64,000 nt of DNA from Takakia lepidozioides (taxonomy: Eukaryota > Plantae > Bryophyta): positions 17,236,001-17,300,000 of the forward strand of contig CM060731.1 in assembly GCA_030704615.1 (NCBI GenBank). The letters are read 5' to 3'. Shown here in pieces: positions 54,260 through 64,000 of this stretch. The position numbers and the translations under genes are program-made. How positions within the stretch are numbered: position 1 is the stretch's first letter; each line of letters opens with the position of its first letter. The notes under the pieces were generated by a model. It made no database searches and had not been told where the DNA came from. It saw nothing but the letters and a program-made list of their open reading frames with translations.

Positions 54260-54858
54260 TTGGCCACCAATTGATGTTTAGCTGGCCATAGGTCTTTGAT
54301 TCTTGAATGTATTCTTTGTACAGATTATGTGGAGCTGGACTCCTGCCATTGTCCTTTTAGAGATTATCTGTTCATGCCTTCCTTCTTTGTCAGCTGCCTA
54401 GGTTCATACAAAACCGATTGTGCCACCAAATTCTGCAACCTGGTTTGGTGTGGTTTAACTTAGTCTTCTTCCCCCTTCCATTGTCCATGAGCCTTTATGT
54501 TCAGCGCCTCATGGCGAGGTTTCTGGGAAAGAAGTCTTGTGGCTGATCATTCTAGGTGTGTTTGTGCCATTTGCTAGTCTTATGGACGCTGGTGCCTTTT
54601 GCTATCATCTTGTAGCTATGTGGACCTTCATTCGTCACAAGATCATGGAATTCCCCAATGTCTCGCACTGGATTCTACGTGGCGATTTCAATGTGGTAAA
54701 TATGCTCTTGATCGCTTAGCCCCTAGTTCGCAAGGTCAAGAGCAAGTGGCAAGGGGTATGTAGATGAGAAATGAAAATGACAGAAAAGCGAGCAAAGTAC
54801 ATATGTACCTGCAAGAGGAAGAGGTGCCTGACTTCGGTTGGCGTCTAATACGATATAC

Positions 54859-55677
54859 CAGTGTGGACGGGTACCATGTTTTGAGCCCTCTTCCGGTCCG
54901 GTTATGGCCTACTCATTTTATGGCCTACTCCTTGAAAAAAATGGATGGCCGGGGCAGAGTATATCAATAGGTTTGAAAAACATCTCAATTACAGGTTCTC
55001 ATTAAACACATGAATTTTTTCTTGTCCGGTTCTCAATCTACCGGTTATGCCATCTTAAAAATTGCCAGTTCCATGGTACCGGTTATGGGATTCATCCATT
55101 TTTACATTTTTACTTTCTCTAGCATTTGTGTGTGTGTGTGAAAAAGTGCACAAGAGGGCTGCGGCCTGGTGGTAAGCCACTCGTGGATTGGCCTGTGGGT
55201 CTCGGGTTCAAACGTTCAACCCCTATCATCTATCTCTCTGCCTTCAGGCTGCCCCTGTAATACACTAAGTTTATAATTATTGTTTAGCCAAATGCCCAAC
55301 TAATTAATTTCTGGACATCCTCAATGTTGTGCACCTAATCTCCCCAACCACTGTAAACGTATAGTTACTAGTAAGACATAACCAGGATCTGTCCAGCAAT
55401 AATCTTAACTACCATCACCCTACCATCACCAACCCCTATACCTATATTATCTAGAACCGCCTTTACGCCATCCCCATTGCTCGGATCCTGCTTCGGGTAT
55501 AACACCCTTACAATCACAATGCCGATTCTCTAGCCGGTTAGGAAGCTGGATGGCTTTAGCCGGTTCCCTTACATAGCCGGTTCCTCCGGGGGCTGCACTT
55601 TCCGGCTATGCATATGTGCATAACCGGCAAATAACCGCCGGGTATGCATGTCCAGATGCCATACCCGGCCAACACTG
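54859..55677. mobile_element. hAT-type MITE (family A), second copy
   Basis: Colinear and highly similar to 40566-41341; left TIR degenerate (cagtgtggacggg); flanks cgatatac and gtacatac do not form a clean TSD. Confidence 0.88.
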
Positions 55678-55802
55678 GTACATACCCCCTCCTTCAAAAG
55701 GGCTTTCTGAACAGGACGAACTTACTGGTCGTTTTTGGACAACTGCCCTCGCCTGCGGTCCACCGTTCCCCCCCCCCCCACGGTCCATCATTCCAAAAAT
55801 GA

Positions 55803-58800
55803 GAACCTCCACTAGACAGTGGAGGTTCGTATGTACGAGGCTTCCTAAATGAAATGGGAAATCCTCCATATTTTACAGATGTTGTAGAAAAAAACGAAAA
55901 TGAAAATGATTCTCAGGAGCCATTGAGTACATCATCCTGAAACAGGACAAATCTACAATAGAAATCTTCGAACCTAATTCGTCCAAAAATATACTAAGGA
56001 ACTTCTCGCACTATATTCAGACGATTCTAGATTATATACCAAAGAACTACAGAATGCTCCTTCTTATCTCTTTGAGTGTATCAGGCGAATAGTCTGGAGG
56101 GGTTTATTTTGGGGATCCGGTAATACTATCAGGAGACGCAGGGGAGTATCCTGGAGATCCGGAGACGTCCAATAGTTCCAGGACACCCCCCGTCGTTGCA
56201 GTGTCCAGGAGGAAGTTTGGAGGGTAATATCCTTCAGATCCTGTTGTGGATTCAGGAGATGCTGGCGAGTAACCGAGAGGCCGGAGATGCTGGATCCAAA
56301 AACGGTCACTCGTATCGCCGCCAATGTGTCCGGGGAATAGTCTGAAGGGGTGTATTTCGGATAATCTTGGGAGTAGGCAGGAGATCCGTTGACATCATTG
56401 TTTACATGAACGCTTTATCTTATTCCTCCAGGGAATCCTTACAGATGTCTTCAAGTGTATTGTTCGGAGATTCGGATGCGTTCCGCGGGGATTCTACAGT
56501 CACATTTTCGTCATTGACAGACATTTTGTTCGGCTCGGTAGACCCCCAACTGGATTTTTCATCTGGTTTCGAAACACCATGTTTTTTGATCTGGATGGTC
56601 CGCTTCCATCACGTCTACCAAACACCGTCTCTTGCTCCAATTTAATCTGGCGGTCTTGTACTCATCGTCAGACACCGGTTCCCCAACCTCGTTCCTCTTT
56701 CTCATTCTGACATAAAAACTAATCAGAGTTTGTAACTGGTTGACCCAAAGAAATATCGAACCTCCACTGGATAGTGGAGGTTCCCAATTATCGTATCCCA
56801 GTCTCGTTGGAAAGTATGTGTCACACTTACAATGTTACACATATGATTCCATCACTCATTCCCACATCGTCTCAAACTGATTTTCAATTGTCCCGGAATT
56901 ATCCGATTTCGTCCTTACTTTGAAAAAATGCCATTTAGCTTCCCCATACAGAATTCACGCGAACCTCCACTGGGCAGTGGAGGTTTCAGTTTCTGGTTCC
57001 TCATGTGCATGACATGGGTCTACGAATAGTCTACTCTGGCCTGCACGAAGCCTACTGTTAGCTTATGTCTACTGTAGAATACAAGTACACTAGGCTAGCG
57101 TGGTTTTTCAGAATTGCCGAATTCGACAAAATTGGATAAGAAATGAAAGTTTCTATTCAGAATCGAATTTGAATGGGAAGAAATGCATCAACTATTAAGC
57201 ACTGAAGACAGTGTAGTGCAACATAGAATGAAGCAGGATCCAAACGAATTGAATCTAGAACAGACCACATGAATCGAGAGCGGGCCAACACAAAACTGAG
57301 AACAAGCCAACACATAAATTCAGAACAGGCCAACACAAAACATGAAACAGAAGACGAAAAGAGGGAGTTTTCAATGCTGTACCTGCTTGTGCCGGCCATT
57401 TTGGTGCCCCTGCAACCACAGTCCTTCGTTTGATACTCTCTTCCGCACCTCCGCCTGCCGGTAATTGCACTGTGCTCTCGCCTCTACACTCGTCAATCTC
57501 CACTCGCCACTGTTCGGTCTCTCCTCCCCGCTTTTCAAATTTTGCCTATTTCACTCTCTCACCTTTCACCCTCTCCTCTCTCTGCACTCGGCCAAGTCTG
57601 CTCTCTCTCTCTCCACGCTCAAGTGTCCAGTTGCTGCAAAATGAGCTCCAAAACTCTTCTCTTTCACGCTCTCCTCTCTCAACTGTTAAGCTCTCACTCG
57701 TGCAGCGCTTACGCGTAGAAAATGGGAAGCCCAAAGGTCGGGCTCAAAGAGCACACCCCTTATAAGCGACCTTCAAGGATGATTTGAACCATCGCCTCCG
57801 TCCGAAATCGAACGGTCGCGCGGCCCAAATGGATGTTCTGCCCCATTCACGCAAACTAACATTAATACTGTCCATCCACACAGATGAAATTAGTTCAACT
57901 TTTGTTCCACGAATGCACACATGTTTGGACAGACGACTGGATATACGAATGAAAAAAGGACGAAGTGATTGTAATGACGCCATTGGTCAGACTCTGCAAC
58001 CCTCATAATCTTAAAATAGATTCGATGCCAACAAACCTTAACCCACGCCCCAAACGCACATGTGACCACCCCCGTGACACGCCTAGGCAGTCGTTTCGAA
58101 CTCAATCTGCCAAAGGACACAACGCTGTACCTACGGATTCGTCACACTGTATAATCATTGTCTCATTATGAGCCGTCCACAATTACTTTCGGCTGTTAGC
58201 CGCCTGGCGTCAATATTCCCTGACAACACCCGCAAGTGCCATGTGACATACGGCTTTAAGGATAGTAGATGGCCCCTCGTGTCAAGCATTCCTCGATTTA
58301 AGGTCCAGAGCCACCATAGGGACTGCCCATTTATCGAGGGATACCCGACACGAGGGGTCCATCCCTACATTAAACATGTGCAAGCAAGCGATGCACGACA
58401 GAGCATTCCGCACACCTGGAATGCACCGCCCTCGCTGTCCAATGCAATGCGCCGGCATGAAATGCCCCGCCCTGCCCAAGTGTTTTATTCACTGTAACAA
58501 CACGATAAATATAAACAGAACAATCTCAAAGTGCTTTATGGTTCACCTCCAGATTCCTCCCAGTTAATTATAATGATCGATTGTTAATGTGCAGTCCAGA
58601 ATAAGGGGTGGCGATTAGCCGCCTGATTTCATTTCTCCAGGCCACTTGTCAGAATCGACATCCTTCACGCTTATTCCAGAGTCTGCTGTCAGAGCCGCAC
58701 GATTATGATGCCAGACTTGTAGTCCTACTAACGTACAAGTACGATAGAATTCAGTCTGATCGCGGCCGTTATCGTTTGTTCCATAATTAATGTGACAATG

Positions 58801-59691
58801 GCTGCTGTCAATAAATGGAAAATTGTGCACACTTTCAATGAAGCCGTGATTTCGCGAATGAAATAAGCCGTTCGATTCCGCCTTAATCCACGGTGGCCAC
58901 AATCGATCCGGGAGAGAAAGCATACCACACTGCCATTGGAGCGATTCAAAGATGAAAGTTACATGTCACATCTATATAACGTCCGACTCCACACAACACC
59001 AACTTCCCACTTTGAACCTCTCACTTGCTTCTTTTCTCTCACGCACCTCTCTCTCGACTCCTGCACCTCTCTGGACAACGTGTACCTCTTTGCCTGTCCT
59101 ACACCACTCTGCCCATAGGGTACTTCTGAAGCAGCCTCTGAGTCTCTCCCTGCTTCCTTAGTCTTAGGTGTCAACTGCACATTTCTCATGTAGGATAGTA
59201 TGATACTCATTTTTTTGTGTACTCTCCATGTGCACCAGCTAAACTTCCTTTTCTTTGTCTAAAGTTACTCCCAAACCTCCACTGGGCAGTCGCCACATTA
59301 ATATTCATCCATCCATATAATCAATTTTTCATCTACAGAGGGCTTCTTCATTATCCATTGTTCATCCATGTGGTTGATTTCATCAACAGATATCATCCAA
59401 CCTCCACTGTCCAGTGGAGGTTGGCATTTGTGACTTCATCTGACAGTTCAGATAGATGTAGTCTATACTCCGCCCTCATACTCCAATTTAATTCCAATTG
59501 TGTTTCATCAGTCCCAGTGTAGATCCAAACATTGACTTTACTTTTTCAATCCATATTGTTTTTCTCATTCAAAGCCGTCGAAAAAGTTATACTTTAAAGT
59601 TTCTCCTTTCGGTGGCACAACGTTCTTTCCTTCAGTTAATCTTCAGTCCTGCAATAGGATTTTACTGAACCTCCACTGCCCAGTGGAGGTT
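55803..59691. repeat. Dispersed array of a 24-bp palindrome AACCTCCACT-N4-AGTGGAGGTT
   Basis: Copies at 55803-55828, 56758-56783, 56962-56985, 59274-59290 (partial), 59397-59424, 59668-59691. Confidence 0.93.
56047..57399 (-). pseudogene. Decayed two-exon gene of unknown function with Ser/Pro/Tyr (YSPxSP) repeats
   Basis: TATA-like cttataag at ~57760-57767, GA-rich leader, ATG at 57399, exon 57399-57383 (AG|gtacag) joins in phase to acceptor at 56706 giving MAGTSRMRKRNEVGEPVSDDEYKTARLNWSKRRCL...; downstream frameshifts and stops. Confidence 0.45.
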
Positions 59692-60173
59692 ACTAACTTC
59701 ATGGGGTTCCAAGTAGGCCAAAAGGTGTTTCTGTCGCTTCCGGATCTCCTTCAGTTGTTGCCTCAAGAGATTGCCTGAATGTTTCTTGGGATGGAACTTG
59801 CCACGGACACCACTTGTGTTCGTCCACCATTTCAGTTACCCTGATCTTTTATGATGACGCATTCGGCTCCTGTCCTCTGTCTTATCGACACATGGATGCT
59901 GACACATTGAAGGAGGCGATTGGGACTCCAGTTGTGTGGGACGTGTCCTTTGTTCGCACGCATGAAACTGTGGATTCAGCATCCCCGAGAAACCTAGGAT
60001 GTCATTCCATCACAGAAGATAGTGATTATCAATGTCAAAGCACTGAAAGCAATGATATTCCGAAAAACGGTGAGACTGAAGGGGATCTGCCTGCAGGTCT
60101 GGGGAGAGATTTGTGGAGAAACTTGCAGTGTCTTCTTTTTGGGGAGGACGGAAAGAGGTTAGCTATTTCATGA
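58972..60173 (+). pseudogene. Decayed transposon-associated gene fragment (possible Tnp1/En-Spm-like C-terminal motif)
   Basis: TATA box ctatataa at 58972-58979, CT-rich leader, acceptor atttcag at 59830-59836, then ...SYRHMDADTLKEAIGTPVVWDVSFV..., resembling the T-L-x-D/E-A-I-G-x2-V-x-W motif of plant TE proteins. Confidence 0.3.
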
Positions 60174-60387
60174 GCATGAGCGGCATGAGCGGAGTAGCAA
60201 GACAATCGGTTTTCATGAGCAGAAGTACAAATTTCGAAAATAAAAAACATTATAAAACATTAATTTAATGGAATGTGTCAGAAAAAACAAATATATTATT
60301 CGGCACCTTGAAGGGGAAATTGTAGTTTTGACAGTTGTGCTCATGATATTTCGTCTTCCGCTCATGCCAATTCCCAGCGACATGTGC

Positions 60388-60712
60388 AAAAATGGCGCCG
60401 AATTTCGCGGTAATAGGGTCCGTAATCGGAAAGAATCGCGACATATTTCGCGGTAATAGGTCTCTCTGGCGAAAAATGGTGCCGAATTCCGCGGCTATAG
60501 GTCCCCTCATGACAGGTGTGTAAGCCCAAAATTTGGAAATGTGGCGCCGAATTTCAGTTCATGGTGCCGGGGATTGCACAGATGTTGGGCAGTTCTGGGC
60601 CATGTAACTGGAAATTCGGCGCCATTTTTCCAGACACAGGGGTACCAGTGCATGTTGGGACTTAGCCAGTTTTCGGCCCAAAATAGAGAAATTCGGCGCC
60701 ATTTTTCCAGAA
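60388..60712. repeat. Fold-back array of AAAATGGCGCCGAATTTC motifs
   Basis: Forward copies near 60389, 60473, 60540 (plus a partial near 60445); reverse copies gaaattcggcgccatttttccaga near 60612 and 60688. Confidence 0.85.
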
Positions 60713-60865
60713 ATGGCCCCACAACTGCTTCTGTTGGATCTCAGTTTGAATGGAATATTGCCTCATTCCAGGAGTTTTGGGGTGCATTTCATTACACTGC
60801 AAAAAAAAGTCTGATACATGAAAATGCAATTGAAAATATCCATACGGAGGATTCCCTTTGCCCCA

Positions 60866-63800
60866 TCAATGATTTCTGGAATCCCTAAGGAGGAGTTTGT
60901 GCAGCTCGTTCACGCTCAACGCCGGTGCATGAATAAAGTCATCAATAGTCATGTTCATCCTCAACCTCTTCAGGTAAATGTAATACAGATGCTTGCACGG
61001 ATAATACTTTGAACCCTTCTTTGCTTCCATCAACGAGAAGTCCGTACAATTGCAAGTCAGCTCCACTCCAATCATAATTGTGTATACATCGTCGCGTACA
61101 GCCGAGCCGGCCATTGCCATCCGATAAACACGCCCAAGGCCGGGTGGAGGTAGGTCCATGGAGCTCTGAATAGTGCAAGCCATCCCAAGAGCATTGGCAA
61201 TCTGAGTCTCATTCAACTTGTTGGGAGGGTGTCGTCTCTTCACTCTTCCGAATCGCATTGTGGGATGTGCAGAATTGTCCAATCCGTCTCTACTGGACCG
61301 AGCAGTCTGCAATGGTTGGGTCTGAGGAACTGGAAATGCGTGGGCCGGGACGTCTGTGCGTTGCACCATTCGAAATCCTGCTGTTGATAGAGCATCCGCC
61401 TCATTTTGAGAGAGGCTGCCACCCGGTGCAACAGGCCAGATGCCCGAAGGCTCCGGCATTCCCTGAATCCCGTATTTGGGCTTGCCAAATACACAGGTCA
61501 TTATGTCGTGCCTACAAAACCAAAACGTCTGCGTTGTGGCGTGAGCAAATGTGGGAGTCAAAAATCTGTCGCTGAAACAAGGTGCAGGTACAGCACCATG
61601 TGGGTTCCTCCGAATCATCTCACCACAGCATGCTCTCTATCCATCCGAATGGCGCAGCACTTCCCTCAAAATGCCGGCAATGTCCTTGCAATTCTCCACT
61701 GTGACTCCGACACTCTTGTCTCCACAATGGGTATGTTGTACTGCGTTACTACAGATGGCTCGTTATGTTCCTCGGGCACGTGCCCTGTGCTCAAAGGAGA
61801 TGGCGATCTTGAACGTGCAGGACTTGCGGTGCTCGACGAGACCTCCTCAGGCAACATCACGGGACCACAAGGGAGCGTGCGAATATTCTTGTCAGCTCGC
61901 CATGAATCCTCTTCCCCGCCAGGTGCCTCGTCAAGTCTTCGTCTCACTGGACGGGTATGAACATCTCCTTCCAAATGTTGGCCTCTTCGAAGCAATGGCG
62001 TGTCCCGAAGGCCCTCTTGCAAGGCCGCCGCCCACTTCCGAGGATTCTTCGATTTGGAGGCAGTCCGCATCAGCGTTTCCTGCCTGGCCGGCCCCAAGCC
62101 CCACTGTTTCCCTTTCAAGAACTCGTTGTACCTGCATTGCTGCATAATTGACCTCACAATGTCCTCCGTTGTGGCAGTGAGGATGTCCACCAGATGCGCC
62201 GCAGAGGAGGCACTCGGCCATGTTTGTCGTGGGCATGTCGGTGTCGGAGTCGAGACACATTTCCTGCACAAGCACATGTTGAGGTTACAAGCAAGTTACA
62301 AATAATGCCAAGAATATTTCAACGGGACGCGAATTCGTGCAACTCACCTCCCGCATATAGTCGTCGAACTGGAGGAAACGATAATGCCACCATGCTAGCC
62401 AACTGACCATTGCTCCCTCGTCTGATTTCCTTACAGCACCTGACGATGTCCACCAAGCCCGTATACATGCAAACTGTGTCTCTGCATCATCCAAGGTGGG
62501 AGCGCGCTTCCACGCAAGACACATGGAACGGTGCTCCTCTCTGAAATCTGGCGCCACGAGCCTGGTTGAATACTGCGAAAGGCTCTGTAGAAAATGGAAC
62601 CCACAAGATCTCTCCTTGCCTTCCATGGGAACATTGGGGTCTTGCCCGTACACCCTTCGGATGGCAGCCCAATTTGCTTGTGCGTTGTCCGCCATGAAAC
62701 CACGGAAATTGGGAGGGGGCAATCCCGCCTTGGCCATCTGTTCGTTTATTCCCTGCCAAAGAAGCATCTCCGATTGTGTGTCCTCTCCTTTCATCTCACA
62801 AATAGCAATTGTCATTAGCATCCTGCAGTGGGTGTCATAGACATGTGCACCCATTGTCACCCACTGGTGATTTGTAATTCGCTTGATATGGTCGAACATG
62901 ACCCAACTGTTTGACAAGTCCCCACTCGTCATCCTGTCGACCAGTTCGACGCCGCTGCCAGGCCCACACGTGGACATTTTGAATACGAAACAACGATCTG
63001 TCTCAGTCCCTTGTCCTGGAAACCTATTTCCATGAATGTAGTCATATCCACATCGTCGCTTCACCTCCAGAATGGAGTGCATATCCGAGCCACGCCCAAT
63101 TTTCTGTTTGCATGAGACAATGTGGTTTCAGACATTCGGTGAACATACGTGGGACACCGACTCCAACAATGCCTCCATTTCCTTCTCATCGAGAGGAACT
63201 CTATCGGAGCCGTCTTCCGACATAATTCTAGTCAATGTCATCTTATGGGCGGCTTGGAGCTGTATCTATTTGGGTTTGGCACCCGGTCTCAACTTAACCT
63301 CCTCCTGAATGAGCTGCTCTGCCTCGTGGGCAGCCTCCCGCGAGTTCCCCCTCGCCAATTTGTGACAATGGGAACCAACGTGTATGCAAGCTCGGGTGAG
63401 GTCAGGGAAACGGTGCAACACATAGAACTGCTTGGCATTACAAACAGACATGCAGTGTGGTGGTTCTTTGCAATGTGCACACTTAAATGTGGAGTTCGGA
63501 ACCTTCTCCTGAGCTCGAAATGGTTGATGAGTTGTGCCTGTCCAATCGGTCTCGTTCCTATGACCTCTGGATTTAAAATGGAAGCAAGTTGGGGAGAAAC
63601 ACCGCAACGCGCCCGCACAAACAACGTAGCGCACCTGCACACCATCGAGCATCTTCATGCTGGTGGTTTTGGTGACGCACCAAGGATGACCATCATGTTT
63701 TCTATCCATATCTGTCAACATTCCGGACGCCCTCGAGTAGTCAGTCCGAGGAGGGAACTCAAAGAAGATATTACCGTCGACGTCTGCGGGAAGGCATGTA

Positions 63801-63988
63801 ACCAATTTAATTGCGAACTTGCTGTAGTCCAGCCCGGCCAGCTCCGAGCGGTGTCCCTCCATGTGAAGCCCTCGCAGAATTTCAAGAATAGATCGAACTG
63901 CGGTGCTCGTGCTGGGAATATGACTCCCTCGTCCACTGACGTCCATTGAGGACTTGCCTGATCTCCACGACGACCTCGGAACTTCCAT
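60866..63988 (-). mobile_element. Mutator-like (MULE) transposase pseudogene with N-terminal GCM/WRKY-like zinc finger and C-terminal SWIM finger; element extends beyond window end
   Basis: CAGALRC...CAHC...C...HVGSHCH (63266-63988); MULE core WVMFDHIKR...FMADNAQANWAAIRRVY...CGFHFLQS (62285-63082); intron 62347-62264; MPTTNMAE motif; SWIM CNCTDF...CKHLYY (60866-61618). In-frame stops at 63266-63268, 63128-63130, 61666-61668 and frameshifts. Confidence 0.88.
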
Positions 63989-64000
63989 GACCTCGTCTGA

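Noticed and set aside
54490-54760. L1 endonuclease remnant (WILRGDFNVV)
   Set aside because: Only one short motif; too degraded to delimit as a feature.
55803-59691. CRISPR-like array
   Set aside because: Spacing is irregular (100 bp to over 2 kb), the context is eukaryotic and there are no cas genes.
61931-62275. Apparent PHD/zinc finger (CLLCGASGGHPHCH)
   Set aside because: It arises from reading past a frameshift after MPTTNMAE; the transposase-like sequence continues in the other frame.
61406-63949. Long plus-strand ORFs (184-266 aa) opposite the transposase
   Set aside because: Antisense shadows of GC-rich coding sequence with no motifs.

Overview
Eukaryotic nuclear DNA from a land plant, probably a non-seed lineage (inferred from gene and TE types, not proven). 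Five intron-containing host genes can be spliced by hand into phase-consistent models: the 5' part of MON2 (-, continuing past the window start), a DUF3119 plastid-type membrane protein (-), an ABCG11-like half transporter (-), mitochondrial cytochrome c1 (-), and COM1/SAE2/GR1 (+), which is head-to-head with CYC1. The 18-45 kb interval and the last 9 kb are mostly transposon-derived. They hold a full-length but decayed L1/Tx1-like LINE, whose ends are defined by an uninterrupted paralogous site in the same window, plus L1 3' fragments, RTE-X-like LINE copies, three hAT-type MITEs (one family carrying a tRNA-like module), another 8-bp-TSD MITE and a ~110-bp minisatellite. The most unusual region is 55.7-64 kb. 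There, a decayed Mutator-like (MULE/SWIM) transposase lies next to two divergent decayed accessory genes, one encoding YSPxSP repeats resembling the Pol II CTD, and the non-coding DNA carries two arrays of repeated motifs. This architecture recalls VANDAL-type anti-silencing transposons. Three GC-AG introns are also implied.
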